This document shows, piece after piece, positions 47,538 through 56,098 of a DNA stretch of 64,000 bases. Positions within the stretch are counted from its first letter, which is position 1; each line of letters opens with the position of its first letter. The notes beneath the pieces are model-generated. The model searched no databases and was not told the origin of the DNA. It saw nothing but the letters and a program-made list of their open reading frames with translations. This DNA is from a virus (lineage: Duplodnaviria; Heunggongvirae; Uroviricota; Caudoviricetes): IMG/VR virus record IMGVR_UViG_2913147268_000005; one strand, 5' to 3'. A program made the position numbers and the translations under genes.

Positions 47538-49288
47538 CAGAACTCCATAACCATGAAACGCTCGTTTTCTCCTTCGCCGCCAATTGGTTCGTTAATGACA
47601 GCAAGCATGGTTGCCCACGCAAGGTCGCCGTGGCTGATCCCCCTCGCGCGGTCCGTTTCGTAAGTGATAAAGCCGCCCGGTGTTTTCACCTTACGCACGG
47701 CGTTAAAGGCCGCGACCAGCTCGCGTTCGGCGCGATCGTATTCCCACCGCCCGGCACGCATTATTTGCAGCATTTTCAGTACCAGCGACCGTTTTGATGA
47801 CAGCGTGAAGGTGTACGGAATAGCAGCAGGGAAAAACCGCTTCACTATCTGATAAACAGCCTCCCCGTTCCCGCCCGTCACATCAATGCCGATGTGTTCC
47901 ACGTTGTAGCGACACGTGAACTCTTCAATGACTCTGGCCTGTTCTTCAAACTCCAGCCCCTGAACGCGTCGCGTCTCCACCGTTCGAAAACGGCCGCCAG
48001 GAACAGCCGGAGGAACCACCACGGACACAGCGCCGCTGTCGCCGTTGCCACTACTGCCGTTTGCGTCATACCCAATCCATACCGGACGATTCCCCATCGG
48101 GCGGGGAGCAAAAGGTTTCCAGTCTTTCCAGTCGTCGTATCCGTCAACACCGCAGCCAATCAGGATATTCAGGTTAAATGCCGATTCCCCTTCGCGGACA
48201 AACTCACACATATAGAGATTGAGGAACTCGTCTTCGGTGTTTTCATCACGAATTTCGTCGATATCGGTGTGTTTCCAGCCGTGATTAACCACATCTTCCA
48301 GCGTGACAATTTGCCGCCACGTCCGGTCAGGGCAGATAAGCCCATTATGCAGCGTTTTCCAGTCCACAGAAAAACGCTGGCGTTTATGCGAGGCCTTTTT
48401 CTCGTTCCAGCGGTCGCCGTTCCAGTAGGCGTATGCCTCGTGCGTTTCGGTGGATGGCGTGGAGAAGTAGGTGCGCCGCAGTCCGCTGAGGGTTGCCATA
48501 GCGCCAGCCACCTTGCGCAGTTCAGCAAAGCGACTGACCCAGAAAAATTCATCAAAATAAAAATTGCCCGTATAGGACTGTGCCGACGCAGCAGAAGTGC
48601 CGAGAAAATGCAGCTCTGCGCCGTTGGAGAGGATGATTTTATCGCCCCCTTTCAGCTCCACATCAACTTCAGCCGCGGCCTTCTGAATAATGCTTTTAAA
48701 CTGGAACGCCTGACGACGCGACGCAGACAAAAAAATCTGGTTACGCTGGTAAGGTTGCGCCACATCGTCACGCAGCGCCATCAGCAGTGCTTCCTGTGCA
48801 AAATACCAGGTCGCCCCAATCTGTCGGGATTTCAGGATCATCCTGTTACGTATCCCGGCTTCCCTGCAAAGGGTCAGGGAGTCAAACCAGCCCCGCTGAT
48901 GCCACTCCAGCCTGCTGATGATTTTTTCCCGCAGTGCGGCAATCTGTTCCGGCGTGAAATGATTTTTGAGTTTTTTCGCCCGGCCTTTCTTTCCTGCGGC
49001 CATCACATCCGGCTGGCCATCATGCAGCTTTTTAAGCTGCCGGGTCAGCAGGTCTATTTCCTTAAAGTCACCGCCTGTTTTATTCTGTTTTTCAGTAAGC
49101 TGGATGAGGCGCGCATCGATGGACTGCGTGACACGCTGCACGGGTGGCGTTTCATCCCACTGGTCACGTTTTTTCCACGCATAAATCGTGTTCGGGTTTA
49201 TTCCCATCAGACGTGATATTTCTGCGGGCGGATAACCCTGCCAGTAAAGTTGCCGCGCACGCTGGCGCACAAAAGCGTCCTGAATCAT
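47537..49288 (-). CDS. Terminase ATPase subunit (P2 gpP-like)
   Basis: 583 aa with N-terminal HTH-like segment (LYWQGYPPAEISRLMGINPNTIYAWKK); co-directional with the portal gene. Confidence 0.85.
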   Translation of the reverse strand: MIQDAFVRQRARQLYWQGYPPAEISRLMGINPNTIYAWKKRDQWDETPPVQRVTQSIDARLIQLTEKQNKTGGDFKEIDLLTRQLKKLHDGQPDVMAAGKKGRAKKLKNHFTPEQIAALREKIISRLEWHQRGWFDSLTLCREAGIRNRMILKSRQIGATWYFAQEALLMALRDDVAQPYQRNQIFLSASRRQAFQFKSIIQKAAAEVDVELKGGDKIILSNGAELHFLGTSAASAQSYTGNFYFDEFFWVSRFAELRKVAGAMATLSGLRRTYFSTPSTETHEAYAYWNGDRWNEKKASHKRQRFSVDWKTLHNGLICPDRTWRQIVTLEDVVNHGWKHTDIDEIRDENTEDEFLNLYMCEFVREGESAFNLNILIGCGVDGYDDWKDWKPFAPRPMGNRPVWIGYDANGSSGNGDSGAVSVVVPPAVPGGRFRTVETRRVQGLEFEEQARVIEEFTCRYNVEHIGIDVTGGNGEAVYQIVKRFFPAAIPYTFTLSSKRSLVLKMLQIMRAGRWEYDRAERELVAAFNAVRKVKTPGGFITYETDRARGISHGDLAWATMLAVINEPIGGEGENERFMVMEF

Positions 49289-49442
49289 TGCTCCCCCTGA
49301 GTAATTACAGGAAGATTACCCGCGCGCGAAACTGTTCTCCTTAACCCTCTGTTCTGACTGTTTTCTTACAACAAAAGCCCTTTGTATCAGCCTGTTACGC
49401 TTTGCCATCATGACTGAAGAACCAGTCAGAGGGGCAAAAACT

Positions 49443-50279
49443 ATGGCTAATGAAAAAAAGACATCCCGCAAAAAGTTTCGCGTGGCTGTCTCCGGATCAA
49501 CTGTTGATGGCCGTGAAATCAGTCCGGTGCATCTGCGTGAAGCCGCCGAGAACTTCAACCCGGATGTTTACGCTGCCCGCGTGAACGTTGAGCACTATCT
49601 CTCGCCATGTCCGTCAAGCGAATTTTCCGCAATGGGCGATGTCACCGCACTGAGTACGGAAGACATTACGGAAGGTCCGCTGGCCGGACGTACTGCGCTG
49701 TATGCAGAAATCGAACCGACCGAGCGCATGAAGCAGCTTGTCGCTGACGGCAAGAAAATCTATTCCAGTATCGAACTGCACCCGCAGTTCTCCGTTAACG
49801 GGCGCGCCTATCTGGTCGGGCTGGCGATGACCGACACCCCGGCAAGCCTGGGCACTGAGCGCCTGAAATTCACGGCACAGCAACGTCAGGCGGTGATGAC
49901 GTTCAACAGTATCCAGGGTGAAGCACCGCTTATCTCCGAAGCCATCGAGTCTGAAATCATCGAAATGGCAGAACAACGCCAGGAAGAAGGCACCCAGTGG
50001 TTTAACCGCGTAATGGGGATTATTGGTCGTGGCCGCAAAGCGGATGACGCCAGTTTCTCCCGAATTCAGGAAGCGGTGGAAGGCGTTGCAACGTCACAGG
50101 CCGACATTATCGACCGTTTTAATGTGCTGGAAACCCGCCATCAGCAGGACCGCCAGAAAATCACGTCACTGACCACAGAGCTGACAGCATTGAAGGAAAA
50201 ACTGCGCACGCAGGACGGCGATCCGCAGAACCGCTTCACCGCAACGGGCGCAGCCTCCGACCAGCTGGCTGACTTCTGA
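49443..50279 (+). CDS. Capsid scaffolding protein (P2 gpO-like)
   Basis: ATG at 49443 behind a GAGGGG RBS; N-terminus (KKFRVAVSGSTVDGREIS...VNVEHYL) resembles P2 gpO. Confidence 0.8.
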   Translation: MANEKKTSRKKFRVAVSGSTVDGREISPVHLREAAENFNPDVYAARVNVEHYLSPCPSSEFSAMGDVTALSTEDITEGPLAGRTALYAEIEPTERMKQLVADGKKIYSSIELHPQFSVNGRAYLVGLAMTDTPASLGTERLKFTAQQRQAVMTFNSIQGEAPLISEAIESEIIEMAEQRQEEGTQWFNRVMGIIGRGRKADDASFSRIQEAVEGVATSQADIIDRFNVLETRHQQDRQKITSLTTELTALKEKLRTQDGDPQNRFTATGAASDQLADF

Positions 50280-50302
50280 TAAGACAAAGGAGCAAATTTT
50301 TT

Positions 50303-51355
50303 ATGAATCTGGTGATGTCAGATATTACCCGCAACAAGCTGGGTTGCTATATGGCGCAGCAGGCGTCGCTTAACAATATCCCGGTATCTGCACTGGTATC
50401 GCGATTTACCGTGGAACCCGCGGTGCAGCAGCGTTTTGAAAACGCCTCAAAGGAAAGTACCGAATTTACGAAAAGAATTAACGTGATCGGCGTGACCGAC
50501 CAGAAAGGCGAAAAAATCCTCCTGGACACCACCGGGCCAATTGCGCGCACGAATAGCAGTTATGACGGCATCAAACGCCGTAACCCGAATAACGTGATCG
50601 ATATGAAGTCTCGTCAGTACCAGTGCGAACAGGTGAACTACGATACCTTTATTTCGTACCCACAGCTTGATACCTGGGCGGCCCACAGCGATTTTCAGTC
50701 CCGTATCAGTACACAGATCGCCCGGCAGGTAGCGCTTGATCGCATCATGATTGGCTTTAACGGCACATCCCACGCCTACGAGTCTGATTTTCACACCAAC
50801 AAGCTGCTTCAGGACGTTAACGTGGGCTGGCTGGAGCACATCAGAACCGATGCCAGCGAGCGCGTAATGAATGACGTGACGCTGACCTCCCGCAACATGG
50901 ACAACACTGTGGCGCACGCGGGTAAGTATGCGAATGCCGATGCTCTGGTACAGGATGCGCGCTCATCCCTGCTGGATGAATGGCACAAGGAAGCTGACGA
51001 CCTCGCGGTGATTATGGGGCGCAACCTGTTTAACTCGCTGCGTCTGCCCGTGCTGAACAGCATCAGCGGCCAGAATCCCAATGCGGAATTACTTGCCGGG
51101 CAGCTCATCCTGTCATCGCGCACCATTGGCGGGCTGGGCGTGTTCCTTGCGCCGTTCTTCCCGGATGCAACGATGCTTATCACCTCGTTCAACAACCTGT
51201 CGATTTACTGGCAGAAAGGTTCAATGCGTCGCCTGATGAAAGACGAGCCGGAATACAACCGCATCGCCACCTACCAGTCCATCAATGACGCTTATGTCGT
51301 TGAAGACTATGGCAAGTGCGCGATGGTCACTGGCCTGAAGTTCGCCGACAGCTAA
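50303..51355 (+). CDS. Major capsid protein (P2 gpN-like)
   Basis: 350 aa; resembles P2 gpN (RFTVEP...QESxxFxxRINV... GFNG ... LITxxxNLSIY). Confidence 0.8.
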   Translation: MNLVMSDITRNKLGCYMAQQASLNNIPVSALVSRFTVEPAVQQRFENASKESTEFTKRINVIGVTDQKGEKILLDTTGPIARTNSSYDGIKRRNPNNVIDMKSRQYQCEQVNYDTFISYPQLDTWAAHSDFQSRISTQIARQVALDRIMIGFNGTSHAYESDFHTNKLLQDVNVGWLEHIRTDASERVMNDVTLTSRNMDNTVAHAGKYANADALVQDARSSLLDEWHKEADDLAVIMGRNLFNSLRLPVLNSISGQNPNAELLAGQLILSSRTIGGLGVFLAPFFPDATMLITSFNNLSIYWQKGSMRRLMKDEPEYNRIATYQSINDAYVVEDYGKCAMVTGLKFADS

Positions 51356-51400
51356 TCAACTCACGGCGGGCATCATGCCCGCCTGTAACGGAGAGAAAAA

Positions 51401-52201
51401 ATGATTACTCCTGCACAACAACACTGGCAGAACGTGATGGCACAGCGCGCAGGCCGGGCGAATGAAGGTGTGGACCACGCCGCGTGTACCGCGCATGAAG
51501 AGGTGCTGTATCGTCTGCGTCTGGCACAGGCCAGGCTAAAGGCCATACAGGCCAGAAGCGCGAAAGCCGCCATCAAAAAAGAGTTGTTGCCGGACTTTTC
51601 CGGCTGGATTGAGGGAACGCTGGAGGCTGACGGCGGGCAACAGGACGAAGTAATTGCCACGCTGATGGTGTGGGCGATTGACTGCGGCGATCTTCCGCTG
51701 GCGCTGCGTATTGGTGCATATGTGGTCCGTCACAACCTCATCATGCCGGATAACTTTGGCCGTACTGCTGCCACGGTACTGACCGAAGAAATCTGCAACC
51801 CGGTACTGACGCAGGCTGGGACGGATGCCGACGCGGATTTATCCGCCTTTATCGAACCACTGGACACACTTTGGGAAATTATCGCCAACCAGGACATGCC
51901 GGACGAAGTGCGCGCCAAATTATGCAAGGCGTGTGCCTTTGCCCGTCGTGGCCTGACCGATGCAGACAACATGGCCTCATCACTGAAGCTGCTGCGCGAA
52001 GCGATGCACCTGAACCCGAACGCAGGTGTGAAACGCGAGATTGCAACCCTTTCCCGCGCCCTGAAAAAAGCCGATTCCGCAGCCGAACCAGAAGACGCCA
52101 GCGCACAGCAGGCGCAGGACGAAAGCAGCAAAAGTAAAAAGACAACGCGGAAGCCTGCAACACGAAAAACCACCGCGACGCAGAAGGCAAAGCGCGGTTA
52201 A
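51401..52201 (+). CDS. Terminase endonuclease/small subunit (P2 gpM-like)
   Basis: 266 aa with MPDEVRAKL motif and a basic C-terminal tail, following the capsid gene. Confidence 0.8.
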   Translation: MITPAQQHWQNVMAQRAGRANEGVDHAACTAHEEVLYRLRLAQARLKAIQARSAKAAIKKELLPDFSGWIEGTLEADGGQQDEVIATLMVWAIDCGDLPLALRIGAYVVRHNLIMPDNFGRTAATVLTEEICNPVLTQAGTDADADLSAFIEPLDTLWEIIANQDMPDEVRAKLCKACAFARRGLTDADNMASSLKLLREAMHLNPNAGVKREIATLSRALKKADSAAEPEDASAQQAQDESSKSKKTTRKPATRKTTATQKAKRG

Positions 52202-52302
52202 CGACTGACCCCGTCAGCGGGCGGCGTGCGCGGTGTTCCGGTTTGACTCCGTGACCGTTTACACCGCGCACCCACCGCCCGATTTTTTCAGGAGTGAACC
52301 CC

Positions 52303-52797
52303 ATGAGTATGGTTGCCAGAACTAACCCCGGCCCCGCAGAGGACGACATCACCGACACCGATGATGGCGATACCCGTATTTCAGCGGGTGCATTCTGGCC
52401 GGATATTGTGCTGCGCGAGCTGCGTCTGGCGGTACGACTGCCGGGCCGCGTGACCACCTCCCGCCTGCTGCATACCGCCACCGGGGCCATAGCACACGTT
52501 ACCCGCGAGCTGGAAGCATGGCAGCAGGAACAACAGGCGGCTGGCTATCAGACGCTGGCCGATGTTCCGGCCCCTGTAATTAACGGAGAAAGCGTCAATC
52601 TCTGGCACTGGCGCAATGCTGTTTATACCGCCACACGCGCCCTGATTCTGGAGCGTTACCGCGATGCGGACACAACGGACAAGGGCGACCGCCGGGCGGA
52701 CGCACTGGATATACAGACATCGGATTTGTGGCGCGATGTGAGCTGGGCCATCTCTGACATTCTGGGACGACCGCGAATGTTTGCGGAGCTGTGCTGA
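52303..52797 (+). CDS. Head completion protein (P2 gpL-like)
   Basis: ATG at 52303 behind a CAGGAG RBS; about 165 aa at the gpL position. Confidence 0.7.
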   Translation: MSMVARTNPGPAEDDITDTDDGDTRISAGAFWPDIVLRELRLAVRLPGRVTTSRLLHTATGAIAHVTRELEAWQQEQQAAGYQTLADVPAPVINGESVNLWHWRNAVYTATRALILERYRDADTTDKGDRRADALDIQTSDLWRDVSWAISDILGRPRMFAELC

Positions 52798-52997
52798 TGA
52801 AAGTGAAGGCACTGGAAGGCGACACCGTGGATTCGCTCTGTTTCCGGTACTACGGCACGACACAGGGCGTCACCGAAAAGGTGCTGGATGCCAACCCCGG
52901 ACTCTGTCAGCAGGTATTTCTGGACGCCGGGCAGGAAGTGGAGATGCCGGAGCCGGAGAAGAAGAAACGAGAAATGATTCAGTTGTGGGGGGAGTAG
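52797..52997 (+). CDS. Tail protein X-like (LysM-like small protein)
   Basis: ATG overlaps the upstream stop (TGATG); 66 aa resembling P2 gpX. Confidence 0.7.
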   Translation: MKVKALEGDTVDSLCFRYYGTTQGVTEKVLDANPGLCQQVFLDAGQEVEMPEPEKKKREMIQLWGE

Positions 52998-52999
52998 CA

Positions 53000-53323
53000 G
53001 TGAGCACCATTCAAACAGGGATCACAGAGCAGGTTATTGCGTGGCTCTTTGACCACCTGCCAACGGTGTATGCAGTAGGCGCGGCGGTCAGCATTTCCGC
53101 GCTGATGAGTCTTTATGACGGACGAACACTGGTTCAGACCGTAACGGGATCGCTGGCGTGCGGCGTTCTTGCCATGGCCGTGGCCGGGTCGCTGCGCTTC
53201 TTCGGGATCCCTGAGGATGCAGTGACGTTTTTTGGTGCCTCAATCGGTTTTATGGGCGCAGAGAAAGCACGCGACAAGGTTATTGCAATATTTGATCGCA
53301 GGGTGAAGGAGAGGAACGAATGA
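53000..53323 (+). CDS. Holin (putative)
   Basis: GTG start 2 nt after the X stop; about 107 aa with two or three hydrophobic helices; directly precedes the endolysin. Confidence 0.55.
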   Translation: MSTIQTGITEQVIAWLFDHLPTVYAVGAAVSISALMSLYDGRTLVQTVTGSLACGVLAMAVAGSLRFFGIPEDAVTFFGASIGFMGAEKARDKVIAIFDRRVKERNE

Positions 53324-53712
53324 GCAACACATTTAAATTCAGCAGCCGGAGCGAAAAGAATTTGCAGGGTGTAAATCCTGATCTGGTGAAAGTGACCCGA
53401 CGGGCGCTGGAAATCTCGGAAGTGGATTTTGGTATCACCGAAGGATTGCGCAGTCGTTATCGTCAGAAGCAGCTCGTGACCACAGGCAAGAGCCAGACCA
53501 TGAACAGTCGCCATCTCACAGGGCATGCCGTGGATGTTGTGGCTTATGTCGGCAACCAGGTGTCATGGGAATGGCCGCTGTACGAAAAAATCGCAGCAGC
53601 ATTCAGACAGGCCAGCCAGGAACTGAATATTCCGGTGGAATGGGGCGGCGACTGGAAGACCCTGAAAGACGGACCGCATTTTCAGTTACCACACGGAGCC
53701 TATCCGGCATGA
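53320..53712 (+). CDS. Endolysin, peptidase M15 family
   Basis: 130 aa with His/Asp metal-binding residues (LTGHAVDVV ... GPHFQL) typical of M15 L-Ala-D-Glu peptidases. Confidence 0.7.
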   Translation: MSNTFKFSSRSEKNLQGVNPDLVKVTRRALEISEVDFGITEGLRSRYRQKQLVTTGKSQTMNSRHLTGHAVDVVAYVGNQVSWEWPLYEKIAAAFRQASQELNIPVEWGGDWKTLKDGPHFQLPHGAYPA

Positions 53713-54104
53713 AGCTCTGGCCCACGCTTGGCGTCGCTTTCCTTCTGATTACATCCATGCGTCTGTCGTGGTCGCTGGGCCGGGAGAACGCCAGAAACGA
53801 AGCGCAGGCCAGCACCCTGAAAAGTACCGTCGACACACTGAATATCATCAGCGCCGGGGTACAGGATATGCAGCAGGTGCTGGCTCAGCTCCGCGCGGAA
53901 AATCAGCAACGCAATCAGGACGGAGAGGTAAGACGTGAACAGCTACGCAACGATATTGCAAAAGATGAATGCGCCCACGCTTTGCCTGACGCTCGTTTTA
54001 CTGACAGGTTGCGCAGGCACGCAGAACGCGCCAGGGCCAGCGCCGTCAGTCCGGCTTATACCGCAGACGCTGACCATGCCGGTAACGCCTCCCCCCTTCC
54101 CTGA
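53709..54104 (+). CDS. Inner-membrane spanin (LysB/Rz-like)
   Basis: ATG overlaps the endolysin stop (ATGA); N-terminal TM helix then Gln/Arg-rich coiled-coil region. Confidence 0.6.
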   Translation: MKLWPTLGVAFLLITSMRLSWSLGRENARNEAQASTLKSTVDTLNIISAGVQDMQQVLAQLRAENQQRNQDGEVRREQLRNDIAKDECAHALPDARFTDRLRRHAERARASAVSPAYTADADHAGNASPLP

Positions 54105-54246
54105 CCCACCCACATGGGGAAACCTCGGAATATGGGGCGACCGCCTTCTGGATGCACTGGAAACCTGTAACGCGGATAAACGGGCCATTGCTGAACTGGA
54201 TAAGAGAATAGCCGAACTGACACACCAGACGGGAGTAACACAATGA
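53935..54246 (+). CDS. Outer-membrane lipoprotein spanin (LysC/Rz1-like), overlapping the i-spanin
   Basis: GTG start behind a GGAGAGG RBS; lipobox (LLTGCAG); Pro-rich mature region. Confidence 0.6.
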   Translation: MNSYATILQKMNAPTLCLTLVLLTGCAGTQNAPGPAPSVRLIPQTLTMPVTPPPFPDPPTWGNLGIWGDRLLDALETCNADKRAIAELDKRIAELTHQTGVTQ

Positions 54247-55706
54247 CCAGTAAGAACTTTGCACTGATTACAGCCATGACACAGGCTGAACTGACTCAAA
54301 AGGTGAATGAACATCTTGCGAAAGGGTGGCATCTTCAGGGGGAGACGCGGGTTGCCTACGAACCCGGCACCCCGTGGTATCTAATGCAGGCAATGGTGGC
54401 CGATGGCACTACAGACATCTCACCTGATTCCCCCCAGCACGGCAGCGTGCCGGAGTGGTATTACGTGGTGGTACTTGCTGGTCAATCCAATGCCATGTCA
54501 TATGGTGAGGGAATGCCGCTGCCGGATTCTTACGATGCGCCCCACCCACGCATTAAGCAACTGGCCCGTCGCAACACAGTGACTCCCGGTGGTAAAGCAT
54601 GCGCATTTAACGACATCATTCCGGCAGACCACTGCCTGCATGATGTTCAGGATATGAGCGCACTGAATCACCCGAATGCAGACCTGAGCAAAGGGCAGTA
54701 TGGCTGTGTCGGACAGGGCTTGCATATTGCCAAACGCCTGTTGCCTTACATTCCACAGAATGCCGGGATTTTACTGGTTCCATGCTGTCGTGGTGGTTCG
54801 GCATTCACCCAGGGCGCGGAGGGGACATTCAGCGAGTCCACAGGAGCCAGTCAGGATTCGGCTCGCTGGGGTGTGGGTAAACCTTTATATCAGGACCTGA
54901 TTTTGCGCACGAAGGCCGCATTGCAGAAAAACCCAAAAAACATGCTGCTGGCCGTATGCTGGATGCAGGGCGAATTTGACATGAGCGCCGCTACGTACTC
55001 ACAGCAACCTCCGCTGTTTACGGCCATGCTGAAACAGTTTCGTGCGGACATTACCGAGTTTAACACGCAGTGTCATGGAGGCAGAGCGGCAAGTGTGCCA
55101 TGGATTTGTGGTGACACGACGTATTACTGGAAAAACACCTACGGCACGCAGTACGACACCATTTACGGGGCGTACAAAAACAGGGAGAGCGACAACGTTT
55201 TCTTTGTGCCGTTCCTGACCGATGGTAGTGGCAACAATACCTCCACCAACGCACCAACGGAAGATCCGGATGCTGCAAGTGAGGGATATTACGGTTCGGC
55301 ATCCCGAACGAACAAAAACTGGGTATCATCAAATCGCCAGACGCATTTCAGCTCATGGGCGCGTCGTGGCATTATTCCCGATCGTATGGCAACCGCTATT
55401 CTGAACGTAGCCGGTCGCACCTTAGCCTTCATCAGTGGTAAGGCACCGGAAATCAAACCCTCGCCCGGCGGCGACACGCCATCGGGGCCCGGTGACCAGA
55501 CCGAACAGATTGGACACCGTCAGCGACGGTCTGGCACTGCTGCCCTTCCCGCTCATCTCAAAACCGCTGCCGTCAATCGGGTATGCCTGATATTGCCGCC
55601 CCTGCCAGGTGACCGGCTCCCCTTTTTCATTCAGCTCATTACAGAAAAAATACCGCTCACCGCCCTGTACCGTCAGGTCGATTTCCCAGAGTACCACCCG
55701 CGGTGA
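54243..55706 (+). CDS. NanS-p-like sialate O-acetylesterase (DUF1737 plus SGNH/SASA domain); native C-terminus lost
   Basis: GQSNA catalytic motif and a long SASA-type domain; from about 55490 the frame reads antisense through a truncated L gene. Confidence 0.65.
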   Translation: MTSKNFALITAMTQAELTQKVNEHLAKGWHLQGETRVAYEPGTPWYLMQAMVADGTTDISPDSPQHGSVPEWYYVVVLAGQSNAMSYGEGMPLPDSYDAPHPRIKQLARRNTVTPGGKACAFNDIIPADHCLHDVQDMSALNHPNADLSKGQYGCVGQGLHIAKRLLPYIPQNAGILLVPCCRGGSAFTQGAEGTFSESTGASQDSARWGVGKPLYQDLILRTKAALQKNPKNMLLAVCWMQGEFDMSAATYSQQPPLFTAMLKQFRADITEFNTQCHGGRAASVPWICGDTTYYWKNTYGTQYDTIYGAYKNRESDNVFFVPFLTDGSGNNTSTNAPTEDPDAASEGYYGSASRTNKNWVSSNRQTHFSSWARRGIIPDRMATAILNVAGRTLAFISGKAPEIKPSPGGDTPSGPGDQTEQIGHRQRRSGTAALPAHLKTAAVNRVCLILPPLPGDRLPFFIQLITEKIPLTALYRQVDFPEYHPR

Positions 55707-55757
55707 CTGCTCTGACTTAACCGACTCGTTCAGACTTTCTTCGCGAATATCCTGCAT
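55422..55757 (-). pseudogene. L: Minor tail protein L, N-terminal ~90 codons only
   Basis: About 80% identical to the L N-terminus at 30931 (VVLWEIDLT...GGERYFFCNE...PVTWQGRQYQAYPI), then diverges at the 56-bp repeat. Confidence 0.7.
55434..55489 (+). repeat. 56-bp inverted repeat, right copy
   Basis: Identical to the reverse complement of 37278-37333 by my reading. Confidence 0.8.
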
Positions 55758-56098
55758 CAGTTCACCACCTGCTCAATCGTACAACTGAAATCACTGTGCC
55801 TGGCGTTATCTGTGACGCTCCACTCCCGGCACACCACCCTCACCGTCAGGTTATGTTTCGGCGGTCGCCACAAAAAGGCACGGTAACCACCATGCCACGA
55901 TAAAAATTCATCCAGCCAGCGCCGGGTTGGTTCATCCGTCACCCGGAACACCGCCTGAAACGTCTTCAGTCTGGCATTAAGTCCCGTCGGTCGGCGCTGT
56001 TCATAACCGTCACCAAACCGAACCCTCACCACCGACGGTTTCTCACTCACCTGCATCCCTTCACGCGGGACCAGATGCAGCGTTTTTATCTCAGCCAC
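55757..56098 (-). CDS. M: Minor tail protein M
   Basis: 113 aa; shares GDGYEQRR and HGG..AF.W.PP motifs with the M protein at 30592. Confidence 0.85.
   Translation of the reverse strand: MAEIKTLHLVPREGMQVSEKPSVVRVRFGDGYEQRRPTGLNARLKTFQAVFRVTDEPTRRWLDEFLSWHGGYRAFLWRPPKHNLTVRVVCREWSVTDNARHSDFSCTIEQVVN

Larger units (their letters stand above)
37394..55433. mobile_element. P2-like module without tail genes (replication, partition-like, head and lysis genes, esterase)
   Basis: P2-type gene set and order (gpA; Q/P divergent from O/N/M/L/X; lysis genes) but no sheath, tube or baseplate genes; bounded by the 56-bp inverted repeats. Confidence 0.6.

Noticed and set aside
52781-53323. 180-aa ORF spanning the X-like and holin genes
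   Set aside because: Better explained as two genes (52797-52997 and 53000-53323) with coupled starts; the long frame has no RBS
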